Shown here one piece after another: positions 17,222 to 26,080 of a stretch of DNA of 64,000 nucleotides. This DNA is from Desulfobacteraceae bacterium. GTDB lineage: Bacteria; Desulfobacterota; Desulfobacteria; Desulfobacterales; SKZT01. The stretch spans positions 11,520-75,519 of the forward strand of contig JAABTQ010000003.1 in the NCBI GenBank assembly GCA_011389745.1, written 5' to 3'. The translations under genes were made by a program, and so were the position numbers. Positions within the stretch are counted from its first letter, which is position 1; every line of letters starts with the position of its first letter. A model generated the notes under the pieces. That model saw only the letters and a program-made list of their open reading frames with translations, was not told where the DNA came from and ran no database searches.

Positions 17222-18432
17222 ATTTTTCTGATAAGAAGAAATGCATCCTTGGCGATTTAGTTACCTTCAAGAGAGGTTATGACTTACCCGTTTCCATGCG
17301 AACGGAAGGCATTTATCCTGTAGTTTCCTCCAGTGGTATAACAGGATTTCACAAAAATTTTAAAGTTGAAGGCCCAGGTGTTGTGACCGGACGATACGGT
17401 ACACTTGGAGAAGTTTTTTATGTTTCGAGTCGGTTTTGGCCTTTGAATACAAGTCTTTATGTTAAAGATTTCAAAGGGAATGACCCTCGTTTCATGAGTT
17501 ATTATCTTCGCACCGTGCTGTCCTCAAGTTTTAACTCCGCTGGCGCTGTTCCTGGTGTTAATAGAAATGTATTACATAAACTTTCAGTACCTATGCCGCC
17601 CAGAGAACAAAAAAAAATCGCCGCGATCCTTACTGCCTATGACGACCTGATTGAAAACAACAAACGCCGGATTGACTTGCTGGAAAAAATGGCCGAGGAG
17701 ATTTACCGGGAATGGTTTGTGCGCTTTCGGTTTCCAGGTTATGACAAGGTAAAGTTTGAGAAGGTTGTGCCGGTGGGGTGGCGAACAGGAAAAATTTCTG
17801 ACGCCGCTTCTTTAAGGTACGGTTTTACAGAATCAGCCCTCGAAAATTCTAAATTACCAAAATATCTGCGTGTAACAGACATCAACAAGAAAAGTTTCAT
17901 TAACTGGTCAAAAGTACCGAATTGTCAAATTGATGAATTCCATTTTGAAAAATATATGCTGAAGAAAGGTGATATTGTAATTGCTAGAATGGCTGATCCT
18001 GGGAAGGTTGCAATCATTGAACAAAATATAAAAGCCGTGTTTGCATCTTATTTGATTAAGATTGAATACGATCCTAAAAAGGTTACACCTTACTTTTTGT
18101 TTTACACATTGAGCTCTAAATATTATCTGGGCCTTTTTTCCGGAGCAGATTCCGGATCAACCAGAAGTTCAATTAACGCTGGTGCAATCGGTAACACCTC
18201 TTTTGTTTATCCAGAAATTGGATTAATGAGATTGTTTGATAAAACAGTTTCTGTTTTGCGGGAACAAATAGTGAATTTGAATATGATTTGTAATAATTCA
18301 GAGAGAAATAAAGGCATGGTTCTTCCCCGCCTCATATCCGGCAAACTATCAGTTGAAGACCTTGACATCCAATTTCCACCAAGTATGCTTGAAGAAACAG
18401 AACCTGAACCACAGGAAACCGCTTATGGCTAA
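17218..18432 (+). CDS. hsdS: type I R-M specificity subunit HsdS (apparently intact)
   Basis: Two target-recognition domains are separated by the central conserved helix EQKKIAAILTAYDDLIENNKRRIDLLEKMAEEIYREWFVRFRFPG. A C-terminal conserved helix ends ...LPRLISGKL. Both ends keep their 4-nt and 8-nt overlaps with the neighbouring genes. Confidence 0.9.
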   Translation: MNFSDKKKCILGDLVTFKRGYDLPVSMRTEGIYPVVSSSGITGFHKNFKVEGPGVVTGRYGTLGEVFYVSSRFWPLNTSLYVKDFKGNDPRFMSYYLRTVLSSSFNSAGAVPGVNRNVLHKLSVPMPPREQKKIAAILTAYDDLIENNKRRIDLLEKMAEEIYREWFVRFRFPGYDKVKFEKVVPVGWRTGKISDAASLRYGFTESALENSKLPKYLRVTDINKKSFINWSKVPNCQIDEFHFEKYMLKKGDIVIARMADPGKVAIIEQNIKAVFASYLIKIEYDPKKVTPYFLFYTLSSKYYLGLFSGADSGSTRSSINAGAIGNTSFVYPEIGLMRLFDKTVSVLREQIVNLNMICNNSERNKGMVLPRLISGKLSVEDLDIQFPPSMLEETEPEPQETAYG

Positions 18433-19872
18433 TTTTATCTCCGAGGATCAGATCGAGCAAGCCATTTTGCAAAAGCTCCATACCCAGTATGGTTTTGAGG
18501 TGCTCAACTGCTTCACCCAGAACCCTGAGGATCTCAATGACCGGTCCAATCGTACCCATAAGCGGGATGTGATCCTGGAAGATCGATTAAAAGAAGCTTC
18601 CATCCGTTTGAACCCTTCCATTCCCGAGCCGGTGGTCGATCTTGCCGTGGCCCGGCTGACCGACAAACGGCAGGCCATGTCCCTTGTTGCAGCCAACCGG
18701 GAAATCGACGCTCTTATCAGGGACGGTATCCCGGTGGAGTATGAAGCCCCGGATGGTAAAAAAGTCAGGGACCGGGTCCGGGTTATTGATTTTTCCGATC
18801 CTTGGGCCAACCGGTTTCTGGCCGTGTCCCAGCTCTGGATCAAAGGCGAAATCTATTTTCGGCGGTCCGGCTGCTGGATGATGCTATCGATCAGGGCATG
18901 GCCTTTTGCCTGGAAAAAAAGATCCATATTGCCGGCATTTTGAAAAACCGGAATATCTTTAAAAATATTGGGTTGTTCAATCAATACGCCGATATTTTGC
19001 TGGGCAATGACGACTGGCAAAAAACTTTTAATGTTTATGAAAATACCATTACTTCACTTTATGAAGCATGCAAGCCCGAGGTGCTGGGAAAAGATACCTG
19101 CCGGGTGGTTGCAGTGTTTCAGTATCTGCGGGGGGTGATCGACAGTATTATTGATCAGCAGGATATCGATGCCGTGAGTTTGCGAATCGGTGAGTTGCTG
19201 GATGAAAGCATTGTCGTGGATAAACCGGAGGAGTTTGTTGCAGCCGGAGGAAAGCCTGAGTATCAAATTGTACAGACCGGAAAAACATGGGATCTGAGTA
19301 AAATCGATTTTGAAAGACTCAAGGAAAATTTTCAGCACGCCCCCTACAAAAATATTGAAATTGCCGACTTGCGTACATTTATCGAAATCAAGATCGAACA
19401 GATGCTCCAACAGAACATGACCCGAACCGATTTTGCCCAGCGGTTGCAGGAGATTGTCAATACTTATAACGCAGGCGGATCGACCAATGAGAATTACTAC
19501 CAAGAAATAGTGAACCTTGCCAGGGACTTGAAAGATGAAGATGAACGGCATATCCGGGAAGGTTTGACCCCGGATGAGCTGGAGCTGTATGATCTGCTGA
19601 AAAAAGACAAAATGACCCATGAAGAAAAGAAAAAGGTCAAGCTGGCCGCCAAATCTCTTCTGCACCGGTTGCTTGAAGAGCACCCAAAAGTGCTGGTCCA
19701 GGACTGGCACAGGGATTCCCAGACCAAAATGATTGTCCGCTCTGCCGTTGAAAAAGTGCTGCATGAAAAATTGCCGGAAAGCTACGACCGCTTTTTGTTT
19801 ATGAAAAAGTGCGACCATATCTTCGATATGATGGTGCAGTATGCCGGCAGCGGGCACAAGTGGGCGGCATGA
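18425..19872 (+). pseudogene. hsdR: type I restriction subunit HsdR with internal deletion and frameshift
   Basis: The N-terminal ~145 aa (MANFISEDQIEQAILQKL...WIKGEIYFRR) are followed by a frame switch near 18865 into a C-terminal DUF3387-like region. No Walker A, DEAD/DEAH box or helicase-C motifs occur in any frame. Confidence 0.85.
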
Positions 19873-19893
19873 ACCCCATAAGGAACAAAGGAA

Positions 19894-20556
19894 ATGGCCA
19901 AACGGATCAACGAACTACCCAGACATGACCGGCCCCGTGAAAAAATCCACAGTAAAGGAGCCGGTGCATTGTCCGATGAGGAACTGGTGGCGATTTTACT
20001 GGGTTCCGGTATCAAGGGGCATGATGTGATGACCGTTGCCGGACGGATTGTCAGGCTGGTGGATGACCATCACGGAAGACCGGCTTTGGCTGATCTTCAG
20101 AGACTGGAAGGAGTGGGGCCCGCCAAAGCGGCTCTGGTATCCGCAGCCCTGGAATTTGCCCGCCGAAGGATTAGACCGGAAAGGATCAAGATTAAAACGC
20201 CAATTGACGTGCTGCCCCTGATCCGCCATTACAAGGACCGCAAACAGGAACACTTTCTGTGTCTTTCCCTCAACGGGGCCAATGAAGTCATCACCACCCG
20301 TGTTGTTTCCATCGGTCTGGTCAATAAAACCCAGGTCCATCCGCGGGAAGTCTTTGCCGACCCCATCACGGACCGGGCTTCAGCCGTTATCCTGGCCCAC
20401 AATCATCCATCAGGCGACCTCACCCCGAGCAAAGAGGATATTGCTCTTACCCGTCAGCTAAAAGAGGCCGGGGAAACTCTCGGCATTGCTGTGCTGGACC
20501 ATATTATTTTCGGCCGGAAAAGCCATTACAGTTTTTTGGAACACGGTTGCCTGTGA
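19894..20556 (+). CDS. radC: RadC-like JAB/MPN domain protein
   Basis: The JAMM motif HNHPSGDLTPSKEDIALT is present, with an N-terminal helix-hairpin-helix-like GVGPAKAA. Confidence 0.9.
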   Translation: MAKRINELPRHDRPREKIHSKGAGALSDEELVAILLGSGIKGHDVMTVAGRIVRLVDDHHGRPALADLQRLEGVGPAKAALVSAALEFARRRIRPERIKIKTPIDVLPLIRHYKDRKQEHFLCLSLNGANEVITTRVVSIGLVNKTQVHPREVFADPITDRASAVILAHNHPSGDLTPSKEDIALTRQLKEAGETLGIAVLDHIIFGRKSHYSFLEHGCL

Positions 20557-20842
20557 TTTGCATTTGTGATCAGAAACCAACAAGGGAATGTGTTATATAA
20601 TTGGTGCAATGACTGAGTGCCAAAGATTAATTTGCTATGCCGGTCTCCTCAGAATGACGGTTTTTAAAACTTGCCGGAAGTTTGTGGCCTTCGCCGATAT
20701 TACTGATACAAGCCGGCAAAATCACTCAGATTGAGGTTAAAAAACTGTTTTCTTACGAATTCAGCACAATGGACGATAAACCGGCGTGATAAAAATTATT
20801 CAAAATCTCAGTTCATAACCTCGCTGCGCAGGCCGGCCGCCC

Positions 20843-23278
20843 CTATAAATCATTTACGGCATGTCGACACTCAAAATGTTTATACATTTCAAAGGTTTGT
20901 ATGTGTGCTTCTTCAAAGGAACGGTTCTCCATCAGTTTTCGGGCATTACTTCCCATACGACGCCTTTTCTCGCAATTTTTCAGCAACATTTCAATGGCCT
21001 TCACCCAGGCTTCCACGCTGTTTTCCGTAACCACCAGACCGGTTTGACCAGGCTGCATATTTTCATGGGGCCCTCCCTGGTTGCTGACAATCACGGGAAT
21101 GCCCGAAGCCTGGGCTTCCAGTACCACATTGCCGAAGGTATCCGTATTGCTGGGAAAAACAAACAGATCACTTGAGGCATAGACTGCCGGAAGGTCATTA
21201 CCTTTCAGATAGCCGGTAAAAGTACATGGCAGCCCTGTCATAGCCTGCTGCATCTCGGTCCGCCATGGACCATCGCCCACCAGCACCAGATGTAAATCAG
21301 CATACTTTGACATCAATGTTTTAAAGACATCCACCAGCAATGGAAGGTTTTTTTCACGGGAGATTCGCCCGACATACAGCAGGCTTATGGCATTTTCGAT
21401 TTTGAGACGGTGTTTCAAAAAACCGTTGCGCTTTGCAGGATGAAACCGGTGAATATCAATTCCCCGGGGGTAGAGAGTGATTTTAGAAGCGTTCAACCCC
21501 TTGGCCGCCAGCTCATTTCCAGTGGCCTGTGAGGGGACATAAATGGTATCCATCTGCGCGTAATACCAGAGGATATATTTCCATGTCAGTTCGGCAATGG
21601 CGGCATCACCGGTCAAAAACTGAGCATACTGGGGTACGGCGGTGTGATATGTGGCGGTAATGGGCAGTTTAAGGATACGGGCAATGGCCAGAGCGGCCAG
21701 TCCGATGGCTCCTGGAGTGGCGCTGTGAATATGGGTGATACCTTTTTCATAACAGTAGTTGAGCATCTCCAGCAAGGGCGGATAAAAGATTTTCTGTTCG
21801 GGGTATTCAGGCAATTCATAAATACCGATGGGAGTAAAATTCTCAATGCCGGGTTGATTTGCGTGTGGCTGGTTATCACAGGTAATAATGGTCAGATTCT
21901 GTTTATTTTTGGCTGCGGTCGCCACCTGTTGCTGAAGGGTAAGGGCGACACCATTGATTTCATAAAAGGTATCGGTAAAATGCGCTACGCGAATTTCCGC
22001 GGATTTGTTCCCACAGTCTTTTGTAGAACTGAACCGTGAAGACACTTCTGACGTAAGACGGCGATCTTTGCTGAAAAGAGAAAAGGCCACAAAATAGGGT
22101 GCGAGCAAGGCATATAGACCGCCGGCCGAACCAATGGTTTGAAACAGGTTAAACACATCAGCACCGGCTATTTGATCCATCAGGGGGTCGGCAAAATGGC
22201 ACAAGGTACGGTTAGAAACCTGATTCACAAATTCAAACCAATGTTTTTCAGGACGTTGGGGTGTATTATCAGGTTTTGCTTCATGAATATGAGGATTTTT
22301 GTGCATAAATCGAAGGGTTTCCTGTTGTAACAATTCCAACAGGGGATGCGGCCATTGATGGGTGTTTCGGCCGCGCAACCGGTAACGCCACAGGCTGTAG
22401 AGACGGGGCAGCAGACGGACGTGGCCTTCGCATCCGGGAGTCAGAGACTTTTCCATAAATCTGAGCAGTTGATTTTCCTGAACACATCCGTTTAAATTCA
22501 GCTTGTTCTTGTAAAACTGAAAAGCGATGCTATAGAGGTTATGAGCCAGAGTGCGTGGGCTGGATGGCCTGCTGATGACTTTTGTATTACCCTGTCGAAG
22601 ACCATTCAATAGCATTTCCAGGGAATCGTCGCCTTCAATTTCTGTAAAGGCATGCGCGATGGTCAGGGCGCTATGATCATCGGACCCGGCCACCAGATAT
22701 TTTTTCCAGGGCTCCGGCATTGATGGCATCCTATCGTGAGTTTCCGCCAAACGGTTTATGTCTTCCGGTGTCAGGTTTTCAAGGATGAGTTGCAGGAAGC
22801 GGTTCTGCTCGGGATTGCGAGCACCATTTATTTCAAAAATGCGGAATAGCAGCAGAAGTTTTTCAAAATGAGTAACCGTCAGACGATCATTGATACTGAA
22901 AAGTGGATGGGCCAAGGCGTGGACAATATGCTGCGAGTTCAGCCAGTTGGTCAGTTCGTAAATATTTTTACGCAATTTCTGAATTTCCCGGTGTTGTGCT
23001 TCATTTATATGATAGGCTAGCACATGTATTTTACAGCCATTTTCCGGAAAATAAGTGGTGATTTCCTCACTTACAAAAGTGCCCGGCAGATGAGCGATCT
23101 CCAGCGCACCATCAATGGTGTTGTGATCCGTGATGGTAACCATGGACATGCCGCGCCGGCGGGCAATGTGATAGATCTGTAATGGATCGGTAAAGCTTTC
23201 AGGGCAGTTGATTTTTTGCAGTACCCACTGTGAAGGTCTTTTGGAGTATTTGGAGTGAACATGCAGATCGACGCGCAT
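20843..23278 (-). CDS. fusion protein: N-terminal PHP phosphoesterase domain + C-terminal GT4 (group 1) glycosyltransferase
   Basis: The N-terminus MRVDLHVHSKYS...ITDHNTIDG...GSDDHS carries PHP metal ligands. The C-terminus carries GRISREKN...VGDGP...FVFPSNTDTFGNVVLEAQASGIPVI (GT-B EX7E region). The ~200-aa linker contains one hydrophobic segment. Confidence 0.85.
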   Translation of the reverse strand: MRVDLHVHSKYSKRPSQWVLQKINCPESFTDPLQIYHIARRRGMSMVTITDHNTIDGALEIAHLPGTFVSEEITTYFPENGCKIHVLAYHINEAQHREIQKLRKNIYELTNWLNSQHIVHALAHPLFSINDRLTVTHFEKLLLLFRIFEINGARNPEQNRFLQLILENLTPEDINRLAETHDRMPSMPEPWKKYLVAGSDDHSALTIAHAFTEIEGDDSLEMLLNGLRQGNTKVISRPSSPRTLAHNLYSIAFQFYKNKLNLNGCVQENQLLRFMEKSLTPGCEGHVRLLPRLYSLWRYRLRGRNTHQWPHPLLELLQQETLRFMHKNPHIHEAKPDNTPQRPEKHWFEFVNQVSNRTLCHFADPLMDQIAGADVFNLFQTIGSAGGLYALLAPYFVAFSLFSKDRRLTSEVSSRFSSTKDCGNKSAEIRVAHFTDTFYEINGVALTLQQQVATAAKNKQNLTIITCDNQPHANQPGIENFTPIGIYELPEYPEQKIFYPPLLEMLNYCYEKGITHIHSATPGAIGLAALAIARILKLPITATYHTAVPQYAQFLTGDAAIAELTWKYILWYYAQMDTIYVPSQATGNELAAKGLNASKITLYPRGIDIHRFHPAKRNGFLKHRLKIENAISLLYVGRISREKNLPLLVDVFKTLMSKYADLHLVLVGDGPWRTEMQQAMTGLPCTFTGYLKGNDLPAVYASSDLFVFPSNTDTFGNVVLEAQASGIPVIVSNQGGPHENMQPGQTGLVVTENSVEAWVKAIEMLLKNCEKRRRMGSNARKLMENRSFEEAHIQTFEMYKHFECRHAVNDL

Positions 23279-23605
23279 CAGATTCCTTTCTTCTTATTGT
23301 TTATGGAAATATGGAATTTACCAAATGTTTCTGCGCGTCAATTATCTCAGGTTGATTAAAAAATGATTACAATTACAATAATATTTGGTTAATTTTTTAT
23401 TCCTGATCCACAGATTGATGAAGGTATTTAACTTTTGTCCCGACGCAAGGGTTTTCTTCCGTCGAAAAGATCACAGGCCAAATAATACCGGATATCTGCC
23501 ATCCAATATTTAAAAAAGTCCCGATCTCTTTTTAATTAAGGCCCCTCCCCATTTGGGTTGAACGCTCCTTCACAGGTTTTTCAAAATCAATGGGTCGTTT
23601 TGAGT

Positions 23606-23875
23606 TCAATCCTCCGTATTTATTTTCAGATAGGTTTTGCATACCGGATATGAAGCGCACCTGAATCGAATTGTATGATTTTCTTTCATATACAGATGCA
23701 TCCTGGCCCCGCATTTTGGACAAGCGGGCCTGTTTTCGATATTTTTTCTTGGTGAATCCGCAACAAATTGTCGACTGCAAACCAGACATTGATATTTTTG
23801 TTTGCCATCGGGAGTCTTTCCGTATTTATAAAGCGCATCATCTTTGCAGCCGGGGCATTTTATGTATTTATTCAA
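23606..23875 (-). CDS. small double zinc-ribbon protein (IS1/IS1595-type N-terminal Zn finger + topoisomerase-type C4 finger)
   Basis: The first finger is CPGCx17-YQCLVCSRQF and the second is CPKCGARMHLYMKENHTIRFRCASYPVCKTY. No transposase catalytic ORF is adjacent. Confidence 0.65.
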   Translation of the reverse strand: MNKYIKCPGCKDDALYKYGKTPDGKQKYQCLVCSRQFVADSPRKNIENRPACPKCGARMHLYMKENHTIRFRCASYPVCKTYLKINTED

Positions 23876-24084
23876 AAGATACCACGTGACTTAACTGAAT
23901 AAATTTCAAACGGTTTTTATCACGGAAAAAATTATTTGCCGTATTTCGACTTACCTGAGGGAAAATATGGTCCGATTGTTTAAAAAATATTAGGGGAAAA
24001 TGAATTTTTGGTTTACTGAAGATGAAGTGAAAAAGTTTTTCAGGCACTGTATGGTTTCAAAAAAAGTATAAAAGAGTTACACAT

Positions 24085-24190
24085 GAAGACATCATTTTGG
24101 TGACAGGATCTTCGGGATTTTTAGAATCAGGGCTTTGTGCAGAGCTGTCCCAGAGACCATCAAGTTATTGGCGTAGATTTAGGATATTCC
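24085..24190 (+). pseudogene. N-terminal stub of an NAD-dependent epimerase/dehydratase (frameshifted, truncated)
   Basis: The translation EDIILVTGSSGFLESGLCAELSQR (Rossmann VTGxxGFxG) is followed by a +1 shift to HQVIGVDLG. No in-frame start codon exists and nothing beyond ~35 codons remains. Confidence 0.5.
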
Positions 24191-24269
24191 GGTTATGCAT
24201 TATGACATGCTGCCCCCGGTGTTCTTCGCTCCAAACCTTGAAACCCGTTTCGAATATGACCCCCTTGTG

Positions 24270-24935
24270 TTAACCCACTTTTTTTTCAACCTGCTTTTTT
24301 AGCCAGAGGATCCATGCGGGAAAGCCATCCTGGGTTTTTGCGGATACTTCAAAAACCGGCATATCCGAATGAATCTGCCGTATATTATTGATCACGGCTT
24401 CCCTGTCAAAATCCAGATACGGAAGCAAATCGGTTTTGTTTAAAAGCGCCGCATCACAGACCCTGAACATGAGAGGATATTTTAAGGGTTTATCTTCACC
24501 TTCCGTCACGCTCAATACCACGACCCGGGCATCTTCTCCAATATCGAATTCTGCCGGGCAGACCAGGTTTCCCACATTTTCCACAATCAACAATTGTACA
24601 CCATCCAGATCAAGGTCAGACGCTGCATTGCCCACTATATGAGCTGCCAGGTGACAATCTCCTCCGAAATCATCAGTACAGATCTGAATGACCGGAACCC
24701 CGGTTTTGGCCAATCGATCGGCATCATTGGTGGTGCATATATCTCCTACGATGATGGCGCTGTTAATCTCCGGCAAAAGTCTTCCGACTGTTTTTTCCAG
24801 TATGCTGGTTTTGCCTGAACCCGGAGAACTCATCATGTTTAAAACAAAAACTTTTTTATCCGAAAAATATTTCCGGTTTTGGTGAGCCATGGTATCATTG
24901 ACGCTTAAAACTTTTTTGACAACTTTGACTTCCAT
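24270..24935 (-). CDS. hypB: hydrogenase nickel incorporation GTPase HypB
   Basis: The P-loop SSPGSGKTS, ENVGNLVCPAEFDIGE and LNKTDL G-motifs are present. There is no His-rich N-terminus. Confidence 0.92.
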   Translation of the reverse strand: MEVKVVKKVLSVNDTMAHQNRKYFSDKKVFVLNMMSSPGSGKTSILEKTVGRLLPEINSAIIVGDICTTNDADRLAKTGVPVIQICTDDFGGDCHLAAHIVGNAASDLDLDGVQLLIVENVGNLVCPAEFDIGEDARVVVLSVTEGEDKPLKYPLMFRVCDAALLNKTDLLPYLDFDREAVINNIRQIHSDMPVFEVSAKTQDGFPAWILWLKKQVEKKVG

Positions 24936-24979
24936 AGGAACATTCCTTTATTTTTTATCGGCTATCCATTCCCACAAAC

Positions 24980-25333
24980 TCAGGCACCCTCTTCAACCTC
25001 GATGGAGACAATATCAAGTTCACGCCCGGATAGCAAATCAACCTGGCCGCTGTCACATTTTTCGCAAATAAACACCGGTTTTATTGCAGTCCAGGAGTTT
25101 CCACAATTTATACACCGGGCGGTAACCGGAATTTCTTCGATGTGGAGCAAGGAACCTTCTAAAGCTGTATCCTTGGAGGCCACCTCAAAACAGAATTTAA
25201 GGCTGTCAGGAACCACTGCGGCAAGTTTGCCTACTTTCAGGTTGATCCTTTCCACCTTAGGATTTTTCAAATTCGCAGGAATTGAATCCACAGCAATTTT
25301 AATAATTTCTAAAGCAATTCCCATTTCGTGCAT
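24980..25333 (-). CDS. hypA: hydrogenase nickel insertion protein HypA
   Basis: The N-terminus is MHEMGIA, and two CxxC pairs (CINCG, CEKCDSG) are present. Confidence 0.92.
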   Translation of the reverse strand: MHEMGIALEIIKIAVDSIPANLKNPKVERINLKVGKLAAVVPDSLKFCFEVASKDTALEGSLLHIEEIPVTARCINCGNSWTAIKPVFICEKCDSGQVDLLSGRELDIVSIEVEEGA

Positions 25334-25336
25334 AAA

Positions 25337-26080
25337 TCACCGATGATCCTCATGCCCATGGGGCATTCTTCCGGCCGGATGGCTGTGATAATGAGTGTGA
25401 AGATCCTCTGAATTGCAGCAATATTCCACTTTTCCATTATTGAGCGTATATATGGTTTGGGTCGTGCGTGCCAGGTAATCGTATTCATGGGAGACCATCA
25501 CAATAGTAATATCAAGCCTGTTCAAAATATCGATAATGTGTTCCCGCGTGCTTTCATCCAAACCGGTGGAAGGTTCATCCAGAAAAAGCACCTTGGGCTC
25601 CATAACCAGAACTGTTGCCAGGGCAACAAGCTTTTTTTCTCCTCCGGAGAGTTTATACGTAATCCGATTTTCAAAACCGTTTAGATTTAGCTCGTTAAGG
25701 ATGCGAACCGACATCTCGCTAGCCTGGTCCGGGGACATTCCCATGTTCAAAGGGCCGAAAGCCACGTCTTCCAGAACCGTGGGGGAAAAAAGCTGATCAT
25801 CGGCATTCTGAAACACCAGCCCCACTTGTCTGCGGATCGAACGAAAATCTTTTTCGGTTTCAGGTCTTTGTCCGAGAAATTCCACATGACCGGAATCGGG
25901 CCTTAGAAGCCCCATAACAATATGAAGCAAAGTCGATTTTCCACTGCCGTTGGGTCCGATCAGCCCAACTTTTTGACCCACATGGATTGAAAAATTCAAA
26001 TGATCCAGGACTTTTTTTCCTGCGCCGGGATAACCGAAACAAATATTATCCAGTCTTAAAATAATGTTGTTTTCATCCAT
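25337..26080 (-). CDS. nikO: ECF-type Ni/Co transporter ATPase (NikO/CbiO) with His-rich C-terminal tail
   Basis: Walker A GPNGSGKST, signature LSGGEKK and Walker B LFLDEPSTGLD are present. The start was chosen at MDENNIILRL. The tail is CCNSEDLHTHYHSHPAGRMPHGHEDHR. Confidence 0.85.
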   Translation of the reverse strand: MDENNIILRLDNICFGYPGAGKKVLDHLNFSIHVGQKVGLIGPNGSGKSTLLHIVMGLLRPDSGHVEFLGQRPETEKDFRSIRRQVGLVFQNADDQLFSPTVLEDVAFGPLNMGMSPDQASEMSVRILNELNLNGFENRITYKLSGGEKKLVALATVLVMEPKVLFLDEPSTGLDESTREHIIDILNRLDITIVMVSHEYDYLARTTQTIYTLNNGKVEYCCNSEDLHTHYHSHPAGRMPHGHEDHR

